Assembly (NCBI GenBank): GCA_031264245.1 | Contig: JAISEG010000009.1 | Span: 4,986 to 68,985 of the forward strand | Source: Oscillospiraceae bacterium | GTDB taxonomy: Bacteria; Bacillota; Clostridia; Oscillospirales; JAAYOS01 | DNA length: 64,000 bases | Direction of reading: 5' to 3' | Shown here: piece after piece, positions 18,762 through 29,148 of the stretch | Position numbering within the stretch: the first letter of the stretch is position 1 | Layout: every line of letters begins with the position of its first letter | The notes under the pieces: generated by a model | Databases searched by the model: none | Seen by the model: the letters and a program-made list of their open reading frames with translations, nothing else | What the model was told of the DNA's origin: nothing | Position numbers and translations under genes: made by a program

Positions 18762-19872
18762 GTATCTCATACGGGATGGTACCGGCTAAAGCCGCGACCT
18801 CCCCGCAGGTTATCTCACAGCCGCCGTCCCTGCCAAAGACGGTGACGGCGTCCCCCGGCTTTACCCCGTCAAGCCCGGTTATATCGCAGACAAGCATATC
18901 CATGCAGATATTGCCTATCTGCTTTACCCGCCTGCCGTTTATGATCAGCTCCATTTTATTTGACAGCGCGCGGTGCAGCCCGTCCGCGTAACCGATGGTC
19001 ACGGTGGCGGTACGTATCGGCGCATGTGAGGAAAAGGTGCGCCCGTAGCTCACGGTCACCGGGTTTATGTAGTCGTGAACCTGAGCGACCCTCGCCTTCA
19101 GCTGCATGGCGGGGCGAAGCTCCGCGCCCGCCGCGGGTCCGCCGCCCGGAAAAATTCCGTACAGCATGAGACCGGGACGCACCAGCTCGTAGTGCGCGGA
19201 CGGTACGTTCAATATCCCGCCGCTGTTGGAGGCGTGGCGAATCGGGATGTGTATGCCCTCCTCCCCCAGCCGTTTATACAGCTCGTCGAAAACGCCGCAT
19301 TGCTCGGCGGGGAAAGGGTCGCCCTCCGCCTCGGAGGTGGCAAAGTGGGTGAAGATACCCTCCGTTTCGATACAGGGCAGCGCGGTTATCCTGCGCACGC
19401 AGTCCAGCGCGCGTTCCATATTTTCGGCGGCGGTAAAGCCGAGCCGCGACATGCCGGTGTCTATCTTTATGTGGATTTTGAGCCGCTTTCCGTGAGCCTT
19501 GCCGTATTCGGAAATAATCCTCGCGGTGTCGAGATCGTACACAGCCTGAATTATACCGAGGCTGAAAAGCCTGCCGATATCCTCCGGTGAGGTATATCCC
19601 AGGGACATCACAGGGGTGGAGATACCGGCGGATATCAGCTCCTCAGCCTCGTCCGCAGTCGCCACGGCAAACCGCAAAGCCGGGGCAAAGCTCCCGGCGC
19701 ACTCCCGCTCCAGCGCCCTTGCCACCTCCACCGCTCCGTGACCGTACCCGTCGGCCTTGACGACCGCCATTATTATACGGTCGCCGGTAATTTTGCGTAT
19801 CTCGCGAAAATTGTGCCTTATATTCTCAAGTGAGACCTCGGTCCACACCCTTGGGGGTAAGCTCAAGCCCAA
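18718..19872 (-). CDS. alr: alanine racemase
   Basis: 384 aa; PLP-lysine motif AVVKADGYGHG near the N-terminus; C-terminal GTIPYEILC..RV.R typical of Alr. Confidence 0.9.
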   Translation of the reverse strand: MGLSLPPRVWTEVSLENIRHNFREIRKITGDRIIMAVVKADGYGHGAVEVARALERECAGSFAPALRFAVATADEAEELISAGISTPVMSLGYTSPEDIGRLFSLGIIQAVYDLDTARIISEYGKAHGKRLKIHIKIDTGMSRLGFTAAENMERALDCVRRITALPCIETEGIFTHFATSEAEGDPFPAEQCGVFDELYKRLGEEGIHIPIRHASNSGGILNVPSAHYELVRPGLMLYGIFPGGGPAAGAELRPAMQLKARVAQVHDYINPVTVSYGRTFSSHAPIRTATVTIGYADGLHRALSNKMELIINGRRVKQIGNICMDMLVCDITGLDGVKPGDAVTVFGRDGGCEITCGEVAALAGTIPYEILCAPSRRVKRTVGS

Positions 19873-19928
19873 AAAATTCAGTCCCTTCCCGATTGTTTCA
19901 GCAGGACGGCATGATACCGTTCCATGGA

Positions 19929-19966
19929 GTACCTTTATAAATTCGCTTTGCGAATTTATAAAGGTA
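19929..19966. promoter_or_regulatory. perfect 18-bp inverted repeat GTACCTTTATAAATTCGC-tt-GCGAATTTATAAAGGTAC upstream of alr
   Basis: Seen directly; lies between the lipoprotein gene end (20029) and alr start (19872), so it could be a terminator or an operator. Confidence 0.4.
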
Positions 19967-20028
19967 CCGGTAAACGTATATATTATAGCAAACCAAAAAT
20001 GAGAAAACCATATATTTTACATAAACTT

Positions 20029-20622
20029 TTAACCAAACGCGACAAGCTTGAAGTTGCAGGTTAAGGTAACCCTGCCCTTAAAAAAGACCGACGCGGTGAC
20101 AGGCTTGTAGGTTTCCGCGTCAAACCATGTGCGGCAGAGGAGCTCCTCCCCATCGTACTCCGTCTTATACGTCACGGTGACGCAGTCGGTTTCGTCAAGC
20201 TTTTCCTTCCCGGATTCGCTGACTATCCCGCCCCGCCACAGGCGCATAAGCTCGGGTATTGCGGCGACGGGACTAAGACCAAGAGCGCCGGCGTCGCCCG
20301 CCTCGATGGATACGTCGCCGTACTCTATGCGGCTGGAGCTCTCCTCCATTATCACCCTGACGCCGCTTATCTCCTCGGGGGAGAGCACCGAGACGGCGCT
20401 TTTGTTTTCGCCGTCATAGCTGTAGTCAAGCTCAAAGGAGGTCGCGTAATCGGCAAAGTCGGCGACGACCTCCGCCTTTGCCGTCATAGACTCAAGCCCG
20501 CTGTAAAATTCGGAGATACCCTCATATTCAGGGGTTTCCGAACAGCCCTGCAAGGTAAACAGCATTACAAGCGCGAGCACCGCAACGCCGCCCCTTATGT
20601 CTCCGCAATGTCTCCGTTTCAA
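20029..20622 (-). CDS. sporulation-associated lipoprotein (YdcC/LolA-like)
   Basis: 197 aa with lipobox LQGCS; sits between nnr and alr, the position YdcC holds in the Bacillus acpS-ydcC-alr-ndoAI-ndoA locus. Confidence 0.5.
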   Translation of the reverse strand: MKRRHCGDIRGGVAVLALVMLFTLQGCSETPEYEGISEFYSGLESMTAKAEVVADFADYATSFELDYSYDGENKSAVSVLSPEEISGVRVIMEESSSRIEYGDVSIEAGDAGALGLSPVAAIPELMRLWRGGIVSESGKEKLDETDCVTVTYKTEYDGEELLCRTWFDAETYKPVTASVFFKGRVTLTCNFKLVAFG

Positions 20623-20649
20623 ATGAAATCCTCCGTTCGCGCCGTCACG

Positions 20650-22269
20650 CTATATCCCCGGACCTCCGCCGGATGGCGTGACATGCTCTTTTATCGCGAA
20701 CGGCAGCATTTCCAGGATATCCCCCGCAAGCATTCCGTATTCCCCCAGCTTATCCGCGGCGAGATCCCCCGCGTATCCGTGCAGGTAAACCGCAGCGGCG
20801 GAGGACAGAGCGGAGCTGGAGCCTATCCCCTGACCTATAAACGAGGCTATCACACCCGCAAGCACATCACCGCTGCCGCCGGTCGCCATGCCGGGGTTTC
20901 CGCTTGTGTTCACGTAGGCGGAGCCGTCAGGGGCGGCGGTTATGGTGGAGCTGCCCTTTAATACGAGGGTGACGCCGTGCCTTTCCGCAAAGTCCTTCGC
21001 CTTTACAAGCCTGCCATCAGGAGTAAAGATATCTTGCTTTACAGCTCCGGCGTGCAAAAGGCGGGAAAACTCCGGGTCGTGCGGGGTGAGAACCACAGGC
21101 GCTGCGCATTCGCGTAGTACATGTATATTCTCGGACAACACATTTATTCCGTCCGCGTCGATTACAAGCGGGCGGTCAGAACCTCGGATTATTTTAAGGA
21201 CAAATTCATCGCTTTCGGGGGAGCGCCCGAGTCCCGGTCCGACAACGCACACATCGCAGCGGTGTATAAGCTCCAAAACCGGATCAGCGGCGGCGGCGGA
21301 AAACCGCCCGCCGGCGTCGTCGAAGGGCAGGCAGACCACCTCGGTACACGCGGAGGCCTGAGCCGGGTACACAGACCCGCACGCGGCAAGATAGCTCAGC
21401 CCGCACCCGCTTCGCAGCGCCGCCAGAGCCGCGAGCCTTCCCGCGCCGGTGAAGCCCATGGAGCCGCCTATGACCGCAACCTTGCCGTAGTCCCCCTTGT
21501 GGCTGTCGGTTCGGCGCGGCGGGAGAAGGGTGCGCACAAGGTCTGAGGTCACGGTGTCGGCGGCGGGCTTGCTTTTTATGAAGCCGGGAGGCAGACCCGC
21601 GTCCGCCGTTTCCACCGCTCCGCAGAAGCTTTTTGCCGGCATAACAAAGTGAGCGGGCTTCGGCGCGGTAAAGCTGACTGTCAGGTCGGCCCGCACACAC
21701 TCCCGCGACACCAGGGCGGCGCTGCCCTCCGCTCCGGACGGAATGTCCGCAGAGATGACAAACGCGCCGCTTGAATTTATAAGCCTTGCGGCTTCAAGGT
21801 ATTTTCCGGACAGCTCGCCGTGAAAGCCAATGCCGAATATACAGTCAAGTATGATGTCCGTGCCGGAGAGAATACCGTCCGGAAGGGACGGCTCGCCGTG
21901 CATGGAGAAGAGCCGCCTGCTTTTGCCGGGCATGGCGGTCTCCGGTGAAGCTTTTCCGCTGATATCCAGGAACTCCCCCAAATAATACCCGGTTTCAGGG
22001 GAAATTCGGTCGGGTGAGCCGGCAAAGACACAGCTCACATCACAGCCCCGGTTTATCAGCTCGGCAGCCGCGGCAAAGCCGTCGCCGCCGTTCTTCCCGC
22101 CGCCCGCAAAGACTGCGATTTTGCGGGAGTACAGGGTGCCCAGCCTTCTCTCGCAGGCACGAACCAGCGCCTCCGCCGCAAGACGCATCATGCGAAGGGA
22201 GACGGAGAGGTCGCCGTCTATATATTCCCGCTCGGCGGCGGCAATACTCTCAGCGTCGTAAATATGCAT
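20650..22269 (-). CDS. nnr: bifunctional NAD(P)H-hydrate repair enzyme Nnr (epimerase + ADP-dependent dehydratase)
   Basis: 539 aa; N-terminal YjeF_N (GGGKNGGDG) and C-terminal carbohydrate-kinase-like dehydratase (GSGDVLAG). Confidence 0.85.
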   Translation of the reverse strand: MHIYDAESIAAAEREYIDGDLSVSLRMMRLAAEALVRACERRLGTLYSRKIAVFAGGGKNGGDGFAAAAELINRGCDVSCVFAGSPDRISPETGYYLGEFLDISGKASPETAMPGKSRRLFSMHGEPSLPDGILSGTDIILDCIFGIGFHGELSGKYLEAARLINSSGAFVISADIPSGAEGSAALVSRECVRADLTVSFTAPKPAHFVMPAKSFCGAVETADAGLPPGFIKSKPAADTVTSDLVRTLLPPRRTDSHKGDYGKVAVIGGSMGFTGAGRLAALAALRSGCGLSYLAACGSVYPAQASACTEVVCLPFDDAGGRFSAAAADPVLELIHRCDVCVVGPGLGRSPESDEFVLKIIRGSDRPLVIDADGINVLSENIHVLRECAAPVVLTPHDPEFSRLLHAGAVKQDIFTPDGRLVKAKDFAERHGVTLVLKGSSTITAAPDGSAYVNTSGNPGMATGGSGDVLAGVIASFIGQGIGSSSALSSAAAVYLHGYAGDLAADKLGEYGMLAGDILEMLPFAIKEHVTPSGGGPGI

Positions 22270-22305
22270 AGACCACCTCTGTTAATAGTTAATAGTTAAT
22301 TAGAC

Positions 22306-22395
22306 CTGTCGAAAAAGAACCGTTTGTCGCGGACGCGCAGTGCGCGCCCCTACACGCCCCGCCCCAGAAATACAGCGTTTTTTTGCAGGGGCGAC
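22306..22395. repeat. P-family palindromic element (CTGTCGAAAAAGAACC..GCGGACGCGCAGTGCGCGCCCCTAC..T-run..GCAGGGGCG)
   Basis: Left half nearly identical to 60225-60275; right arm degenerate. Confidence 0.7.
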
Positions 22396-22421
22396 CACCC
22401 ACCATCCACCGTCCGCCTGCT

Positions 22422-22787
22422 TTAAGGCTGCGTCTTCTCCGCAACCACTACAGCGGCGGCGGTGACGTCGGTGTGGGTGATGGAGAGAAAGAAGGCTATA
22501 CCGGCGTATTTGCCGCTCAGCTCCTCGGAAAGGAGGATGAAGGGCTTGCCGTTTTCGTCGTGCGACACGGATACGCCGTGAAGAGGAACCGCCGTGCCAA
22601 CCGCCTTGATAAACGCCTCCTTCGCGCAGAAGATGCCCGCGGCTGACGCGGCTGACATCTTTTTCCTCGAAGAGATATATTCATTTTCCTCGGGAGTGAA
22701 AACGCGGCGCATAAAAGGCTCGCTGTTTATATTCACCGCCATCCTGTCGATTTCAAGCAGGTCGATTCCAACGCCGTATACAGGCAT
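22422..22787 (-). CDS. acpS: holo-[acyl-carrier-protein] synthase
   Basis: 121 aa; GIDLLEIDR motif, size and overall pattern of AcpS. Confidence 0.85.
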   Translation of the reverse strand: MPVYGVGIDLLEIDRMAVNINSEPFMRRVFTPEENEYISSRKKMSAASAAGIFCAKEAFIKAVGTAVPLHGVSVSHDENGKPFILLSEELSGKYAGIAFFLSITHTDVTAAAVVVAEKTQP

Positions 22788-22838
22788 AATATTGCTCCCT
22801 CCAAGCGGATATTCGTAACGGGGTCCGCTTTAGTCAGA

Positions 22839-23366
22839 TCATAACGCGGTATCGGGACCCCGATATTTGTGAGGTATCAGACCTTTCATTGCCTCTCGCA
22901 TACGCTCATTCGGCTCAAAGATAAGAAGTGTGACCGCCCCCGCGTCGTCGGTAAACCGCGCAAACCACCTGTCCGGCGACTTCGGAGAGGTGGACGCATC
23001 CTCCGTTCGCTGAATTGTCCGGGCTTCGTACTCGTCTCTGTACTCCCCGGTCATCGGCGCCAGTATGTCAAACTGCCGAACCCTGACGCTGAGCACATGC
23101 CTGCGCATACGCCTGCCCAGAATCTTGTCCACATCCAGCTCACCGTTTGTAAACGAGTACTCATACTCGACATTTTGCTTCCTTATCATAAGGAAAGCCC
23201 CCCAGCAGCAAAGCCCCAGGGTAACGGGGAATATAAAACGAAGCACGCCAAAAAACAGGACTGTGGAGGGCAGCAAAATTGCCGCGAGGGCAATTCCTAT
23301 CTTTATAAGGTTGGCTTTTGCGTCCGGTTTTCTCTCCACAATCTGTTCGACAAATACGTCAGACAT
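22839..23366 (-). CDS. hypothetical membrane protein
   Basis: ORF 22839..23444 trimmed to MSDVFVEQIV; two TM helices; no family recognised. Confidence 0.4.
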   Translation of the reverse strand: MSDVFVEQIVERKPDAKANLIKIGIALAAILLPSTVLFFGVLRFIFPVTLGLCCWGAFLMIRKQNVEYEYSFTNGELDVDKILGRRMRRHVLSVRVRQFDILAPMTGEYRDEYEARTIQRTEDASTSPKSPDRWFARFTDDAGAVTLLIFEPNERMREAMKGLIPHKYRGPDTAL

Positions 23367-23533
23367 ATTAATCCGCCATTTCTCAGGCAACAAGGATAAT
23401 AATGTATTGCTTCCGCTAATCATCCGTCGCCTGAGAAATGACAAGCGGTTTATTATTTAATTTTATTTATATATCAAGTATATATGAAAAATGCAGGTTA
23501 GTCAATGAAACAAAGGATTTTTCAGCGCAATGA

Positions 23534-23625
23534 GGCGGTCGGAATAAATCCCGACCGCCTAAACAATCGCCCCCCCGCCCCCAACTGTCAACTCTCAACT
23601 CTCAACTATCAACTGTCAACTGTAT
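23534..23625. repeat. H-family element: hairpin GGTCGGAATAAATCCCGACC + CCCC + CAACTNT heptamer array
   Basis: Homologous to 50772-50846 (CGGTCGGGATTTATCCCGACCG...ccccaactgttaactgtcaattgtcaa). Confidence 0.75.
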
Positions 23626-23635
23626 CGCCGCCGCG

Positions 23636-24790
23636 TTAAGGCAGCGGTGAAAGCCGCTCAACTGTCAGCGTCGCGTTAGTGAGCTGGGACAATTCAAATT
23701 CCGCGGTATCGGTGGACAGAAACGCCAATTCAACCTGCCCGCCCAGAAACTCTATGACGCTTCCCTGCAATATGGTGGTGTCAGTTGTGGAAAGCTGGGC
23801 AAGCTGCATGGTTGAGTCGATGAAGCCGCCGTTCTGCAATACCCCGGCGGAGACTGTCTGACCCGCTGCCGAGACCGGCGCAATGCGTATCATATAGTTG
23901 ATTTCGTATTCGCCCGGTCTGAAGATTTGCAGTGAGCTTGGATTCACCCCGATATCAAAGGAGGGCATAAAATTGGGCAGCTGAATCTGCTCAAGCTGTC
24001 CCGCGCCGGCAAAGTTAAACGACTGGGGAATGTTGGAATATATCCCGCCGAACGCGGTGTTGTTTAAAAAGAAGCTGTCTATATTCACGGTTGGGGGGAA
24101 ATCATTCAGAAAAATACCCAAATTAGGAGACTGGAAATATAATTCCTCTCCGAATCTGATGGGCACAGGTCCTCCGTTACCATTTACAAAAAACAAGACG
24201 TCTCCGGGTTCGAAGACACCCGTCGCCCCCGTTTCTCCCGTCTCTCCGGTGGCTCCCGTTTCCCCCGTTGCCCCTGTCGGACCGGTTACGCCGGAAACCC
24301 CCGTCGGACCTGTTGCTCCCGTTGCCCCTGTCGAACCTGCCGCCCCGGATATTCCCTGTATCCCCTGCGGACCCGCGATGCCCTGCGGTCCTGTGACGCC
24401 CGGGGGACCCTCAATTCCCTGCGGTCCCTGTAAACCGGGCGGACCTTGCAAGCCTTGCATACCCGTTGCCCCGGCCGAACCTGTCGCTCCGGTGGCTCCC
24501 TGTGTCCCCTGCGGACCCTCCATACCCTGCGGTCCTGTGGTACCGGGAGGACCCTCAATTCCCTGCGGCCCCTGTAAGCCGGGCAAGCCCTGTATCCCCT
24601 GCGGACCTTGCAGACCTTGCTGCCCTTCGGAACCTGTGGCTCCCGCGGGTCCGGTGGGACCCGCGGGTCCTGTCGGGCCTGTCGCCCCGGCGGAGTCCGC
24701 CCCGCAGCAGCAGAAGCAGCAGCCGCAGGAGCAGCCGCGATTACGGAAGGCTTCATCCCGGCAAACGATATTGTTGTTATGTACGTTCAT
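23636..24790 (-). CDS. collagen-like (GXX-repeat) exosporium-type glycoprotein, BclA-like, with Cys-rich N-terminus
   Basis: ~55 uninterrupted G-X-Y triplets ([16 protein letters not shown]...) and a ~170-aa non-collagenous C-terminal domain; N-terminus [10 protein letters not shown]. Confidence 0.75.
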   Translation of the reverse strand: MNVHNNNIVCRDEAFRNRGCSCGCCFCCCGADSAGATGPTGPAGPTGPAGATGSEGQQGLQGPQGIQGLPGLQGPQGIEGPPGTTGPQGMEGPQGTQGATGATGSAGATGMQGLQGPPGLQGPQGIEGPPGVTGPQGIAGPQGIQGISGAAGSTGATGATGPTGVSGVTGPTGATGETGATGETGETGATGVFEPGDVLFFVNGNGGPVPIRFGEELYFQSPNLGIFLNDFPPTVNIDSFFLNNTAFGGIYSNIPQSFNFAGAGQLEQIQLPNFMPSFDIGVNPSSLQIFRPGEYEINYMIRIAPVSAAGQTVSAGVLQNGGFIDSTMQLAQLSTTDTTILQGSVIEFLGGQVELAFLSTDTAEFELSQLTNATLTVERLSPLP

Positions 24791-24954
24791 GTTATTACCT
24801 TTCCCACTGAAAATATTAAAGAAATGCTCGCCCGAGATACGGGCGCGGAATCACTTTGTAAATATTTTATGCCGGGAAGAGGTATGCAGTTCCAAATCCG
24901 TTTACATAAAAAACGCAGATAGTACTATCCGTTTGCCGGAATATCGCATACTCA

Positions 24955-26580
24955 TCAACTGTCTATTGTGCTGTCAAGTGATAAAAACGCCTCTGCTGCC
25001 TCCCAGTAAAAGTTGTCCTCCCCTATGAAATCAGTGATCCCCGCACGGTCAAAAAAGCTTTTAACCTTTGGCTGTACCCCGCAAAATAAGACCCCTGTGC
25101 CGTTGTTCATCTTATCCTTGCAAAAATCCAGAAGCTCCTGAGCGCCCGAGGCGTCTACCTCAGGTACTCCGCGCATTGATAACAGCAGAATTTCGCCTGA
25201 CGCGTCTTTGGCTTTTTCAGCAAAGCAATCCGCCGAGGCAAAAAATATAGAGCCTGTTATATATATGACCTGTACATGTTCCGTGAACCTAATGCTTTTA
25301 TTCAATCGGGCAGGGTCAAAATCGCTGACAGTTACCTCCAGATTGGATACCTTGATTACATAGAGCAGCATTGAAATAAGGCAGCCCACCGCTATCGATA
25401 TCGTAAGGTCGAATAAAACCGTACATATCAATGTTATCAAAAATTGCAGTATGGCGCTCTTGAACTTATTTTTAAATATGTATTTTATCCCCTCCCATTC
25501 GTTCATCCGCCATGCTGTTACAATCAAGACGCCGGACAATGCCGCCATTGGAATGCGCGACATAAACGGGCTAAGCAAAAACATTGACAATAAAAGAGTG
25601 ACCCCCTGGAAAATACCGGCAAGCCTTGTCCCGGCGCCCGACTTGATCGCGACGCTGGTACGCGCGATTGCGGCGGTCGCCGGCACTCCCCCTAAAAACG
25701 GCAGCAGAATATTCCCTATCCCCTGCGCAACAAGCTCACGGTCGCCGCGGAGTCGTTCGCCTTTCATTTTCCCCGCCACGGCGCCGCATAACAGGCTTTC
25801 AATCATGCACAGCGCCGCGATGCTTATCGCGGGCATTATGACGGTGTCCAATCTGGTATTAAGGATACTTGCGGGTGAAAGCCTGACGCTGTGAATAAGG
25901 GTACGCGGTATAGCTCCGACTGTAGCGACAGGAAAATCGGCGATTATTTCAACACCCGTTGCGATAATGACGGCGACAAGTGAAGCAGGAACACGCTTAG
26001 CCCATTTTTTTGGCCAGGATACCATAAGTAAAATAACAAACAGACCATAGCCGATGGAGTAAAAATTTGGTGTAAATCCGTCCTTTATCATGTTGATAAT
26101 TCGCATATACGACTCTTCGCCGTGTGACTGAACCCCGAGAAAATTTTCAATCTGTCCCAGCGCGATTATAAGCGCAATCCCCGATGTAAACCCTGTTATC
26201 ACGGATTTCGGCAGGAAGGATGTAATTCGTCCCGCCTTGATAACCCCGGCGGCTATGAGTATGATTCCGGACAGCATACCCGCCATTAAGATGGTATGAA
26301 AGCCGTGCTTAACCGCCAGAGGAATTAATATCGCCGCCATTGCGCCCGTAGGACCTGATATTTGATACGACGCCCCCGACAGCGCGCCTATTATAAACGA
26401 CGAAGCAATTGCGGTAATAAGCCCCGCCGCGGCGTCTGCGCCGCTGCTCACCCCGAACGCGAGCGCTAAGGGCAGCGCGACGGCGGCGACGGTTATCCCG
26501 GATAACAAATCCGTGACAAGCGAATATTTTTTATAGCCGGAAAATTCACGTTTCAAATCCGATATGTATTCGCGAAGCAT
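24955..26580 (-). CDS. SulP family inorganic anion transporter with C-terminal STAS domain
   Basis: ~540 aa; SulP TM core and STAS domain; start trimmed to ATG ([10 protein letters not shown]) with AAGGAG RBS. Confidence 0.8.
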   Translation of the reverse strand: MLREYISDLKREFSGYKKYSLVTDLLSGITVAAVALPLALAFGVSSGADAAAGLITAIASSFIIGALSGASYQISGPTGAMAAILIPLAVKHGFHTILMAGMLSGIILIAAGVIKAGRITSFLPKSVITGFTSGIALIIALGQIENFLGVQSHGEESYMRIINMIKDGFTPNFYSIGYGLFVILLMVSWPKKWAKRVPASLVAVIIATGVEIIADFPVATVGAIPRTLIHSVRLSPASILNTRLDTVIMPAISIAALCMIESLLCGAVAGKMKGERLRGDRELVAQGIGNILLPFLGGVPATAAIARTSVAIKSGAGTRLAGIFQGVTLLLSMFLLSPFMSRIPMAALSGVLIVTAWRMNEWEGIKYIFKNKFKSAILQFLITLICTVLFDLTISIAVGCLISMLLYVIKVSNLEVTVSDFDPARLNKSIRFTEHVQVIYITGSIFFASADCFAEKAKDASGEILLLSMRGVPEVDASGAQELLDFCKDKMNNGTGVLFCGVQPKVKSFFDRAGITDFIGEDNFYWEAAEAFLSLDSTIDS

Positions 26581-26672
26581 AATGTTTGTCTCCTTTTTTA
26601 GGTCTTGCAACCAAAGCTTGTATTAATTATTATATCTGTTGTGGAAGGTTTCTGCCATTTCACAGAAATAAT

Positions 26673-26704
26673 CCCCTTGAAACTCCAAACTGAGCTTCAA
26701 GGGG
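26673..26704 (-). terminator. intrinsic terminator hairpin downstream of tRNA-Pro
   Basis: CCCCTTGAAgctcagtttggagTTTCAAGGGG 10-bp stem followed by a U-rich stretch on the minus strand. Confidence 0.5.
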
Positions 26705-26705
26705 C

Positions 26706-26782
26706 TGGTCGAGGCGACAGGATTTGAACCTGCGGCCTCTGCGTCCCGAACGCAGCGCTCTACCAAACTGAGCCACGCCTCG
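26706..26782 (-). tRNA. tRNA-Pro (anticodon CGG)
   Basis: Manual fold: acceptor CGAGGCG/CGCCTCG, U8, D-stem GCTC/GAGC, anticodon stem CTGCG/CGCAG with loop TTCGGGA, T-arm GCAGG-TTCAAAT-CCTGT, discriminator A and encoded CCA; C1:G72 is typical of bacterial tRNA-Pro. Confidence 0.85.
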
Positions 26783-27036
26783 ACATCATGTGAGGATTAT
26801 TGTATCACACGAATTTTTAGTTTGCAATATTTTCTTTTAAAAAATTATATGATGTGGTATAGTTAATCCATCACAGTTAAACTCATATGATCGCAGCCAT
26901 ACCGCGGCGGCGCTTCGCGCCCGCGTAATTTTGATCGACGTATAATAGCCATTTGCGGCTATTATTAAATATTATATGCCGTTCGGCGAAGCCGAAGCTG
27001 TGCAAATTTTAAATAACATAAGGATGGACACAAAAA

Positions 27037-28002
27037 ATGGAGATCAAAAGAATATCCGAAATATCCCGGGCAGTGTGCGAAAACGTCGCGAAGGTAATAG
27101 TTGGGAAAAACGACATAATCGAGCTGGTGTCCATCGCGCTTCTCGCGGGGGGGCATGTGCTGCTCGAGGATGTGCCGGGCACGGGAAAAACCGTTATGGC
27201 AAAGAGCTTTGCCAAGTCCGTGTCATGCGATTTCAAGCGTATCCAGTTCACCCCCGACCTCCTGCCCTCCGACGTCACCGGCTCAAGCGTCTTTAACCAG
27301 CAGAACGGCAGCTTTGAGTTCCGCGAGGGACCCGTATATACAAATATACTTCTCGCGGACGAAATAAACCGCGCCACCCCGAGGACGCAGTCGGCTCTGC
27401 TTGAGTGCATGGAGGAAAAGCAGAGCACCTCCGACGGCGTGACCCGGGTTCTCCCCTCCCCGTTTTTCGTGCTCGCCACACAAAATCCGGTGGAAATACA
27501 GGGAACCTTTCCGCTGCCCGAGGCGCAGCTCGACCGCTTCCTGCTCAAGCTTGGCATAGGCTACCCCGAAGGCGCGGACGCGCAGACGCTGATCGACCGC
27601 TTCATCGACAACGACCCGATCTCGGAAATTGCCGCAGTCGCGTCGGCGGAGGATATTTGCGACGCGCAAAGGAGCTTTTCCTCAGTCTTTGTCAGCGGGG
27701 CTGTCCGCCTCTACATAACCAAAATAGTTGAGCAGACGCGCAAGGGGGACAGCGTTTCGCTGGGTGTAAGCCCGCGCGGCACCCTCGCCATGCTGAGGGC
27801 GTGTCAGGTCGCCGCCGCAGTCGCCGGACGGGATTATGTCCTGCCGGACGATGTGAAGCGCCTTGCCGTACCGGTGTTTTCCCACAGGATAATTATGAAG
27901 TCCGGCATCGGGTTCGGCTCAAGGAACTCGGAGGAGCTTATAAAAAGGATTTTGAACGATATCCCCACCCCGACCGAAGACCCCAACGCCCGCGCCTTAT
28001 AG
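27037..28002 (+). CDS. MoxR-family AAA+ ATPase
   Basis: 321 aa; Walker A GTGKT, Walker B LLADEINRA, MoxR-type C-terminus. Confidence 0.9.
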   Translation: MEIKRISEISRAVCENVAKVIVGKNDIIELVSIALLAGGHVLLEDVPGTGKTVMAKSFAKSVSCDFKRIQFTPDLLPSDVTGSSVFNQQNGSFEFREGPVYTNILLADEINRATPRTQSALLECMEEKQSTSDGVTRVLPSPFFVLATQNPVEIQGTFPLPEAQLDRFLLKLGIGYPEGADAQTLIDRFIDNDPISEIAAVASAEDICDAQRSFSSVFVSGAVRLYITKIVEQTRKGDSVSLGVSPRGTLAMLRACQVAAAVAGRDYVLPDDVKRLAVPVFSHRIIMKSGIGFGSRNSEELIKRILNDIPTPTEDPNARAL

Positions 28003-28014
28003 TGGGACAGCGCT

Positions 28015-29148
28015 ATGAGTGTAATATGGTTTGTTATAATAATAGTCGTCCTGGCGCTTTTCCAGATGCAGTTTTTCTATTACTGGGGACTGCGGAAGAT
28101 CGAGTATAAGCGCTTCTTCAGCCGAAAAAGCGCGTACGAGGGGGAAAAGACGGAGATGGTGGAGATACTCTCCAACAACAAAGCCATTCCCCTTCCGTGG
28201 CTTCGCATAGAAAGCAGGATATCCCCCTACCTGAAATTTAAAAGCATACTAAATTACGATATCAGCTACGACCAGTTCCACAAGAGCATATTTTTCCTCC
28301 GCGGGCACAAAAAAATCACCCGGCGGCATGAGATAACCTGCACCCACCGGGGTTACTTCAAGCTCGGCTCAGCCGCCCTCTCGGTGGGCGACCTCTTCGG
28401 TCTGCTCAACAAATTTTCCGACTACCACACCGACGAGACCCTTTACGTATATCCCGCCCTCCTCTCCGACGAGGAGCTTCCCGATTCCCTGATAAAGTGG
28501 CAGGGCGATATCGTCATGCGCCGGTGGATAATGCCCGACCCGATCCTGGTGAGCGGCATACGGGAATACCGCAGCGGCGACCCGCAGAAGGACATACACT
28601 GGCGCGCCACCGCAAGTACCGGAAGGCTGCAAGTCAAGGTTCGGGACTTTACAGTTTCCCCCAAGATTCTTATCCTGCTCAACACGCAGGTCAAAGAGGA
28701 TATGCATGACGACATAATGACCCGCGAGGAGTGCGAGGTCATAGAAAGCGGCGTGCGGGTATCCGCGCATCTCGCCGCGTGGGCAATTCTTAACGGTCTC
28801 GAGGCGGGCTTCTACTCCAACGGCAGGCTCGCCGACGAGACGGGAATCGTCGCCTGCCCCCCCTTTTGCTCCTCGGCGTATCTCGAGCTGCTGCTTCAAA
28901 CCATGGCAAAGCTTGTGATAGTGCGCGAAATGAATTTTCACGTACTGCTTGACAACCTGTATTCCGACGCCGTGACCGGTATGGATATCGTCGCCGTTTC
29001 CCCGTACTGGAGCGAGACGCTGGAGAACCGCGCGGAAAAGCTGAGGTCGTCGGGAAATAATGTCTCGCATATTCTCTTCTCCGGCGGTATTCCCGGCACT
29101 TCCTTTGGAAAGGAGACCGGCTCACATGAAGAAGAAACGGCTGTTTAA
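28015..29148 (+). CDS. DUF58-domain protein (MoxR-associated, vWA-like)
   Basis: 377 aa with DUF58 core EYRSGDPQKDIHWRATASTGRLQVKV; follows moxR. Confidence 0.8.
   Translation: MSVIWFVIIIVVLALFQMQFFYYWGLRKIEYKRFFSRKSAYEGEKTEMVEILSNNKAIPLPWLRIESRISPYLKFKSILNYDISYDQFHKSIFFLRGHKKITRRHEITCTHRGYFKLGSAALSVGDLFGLLNKFSDYHTDETLYVYPALLSDEELPDSLIKWQGDIVMRRWIMPDPILVSGIREYRSGDPQKDIHWRATASTGRLQVKVRDFTVSPKILILLNTQVKEDMHDDIMTREECEVIESGVRVSAHLAAWAILNGLEAGFYSNGRLADETGIVACPPFCSSAYLELLLQTMAKLVIVREMNFHVLLDNLYSDAVTGMDIVAVSPYWSETLENRAEKLRSSGNNVSHILFSGGIPGTSFGKETGSHEEETAV

Noticed and set aside
24030-25028. 332-aa Pro/Val/Ala-rich plus-strand ORF
   Set aside because: It is the antisense reading of the collagen GXX-repeat gene (GGx codons read as xCC = Pro); a repeat artefact.
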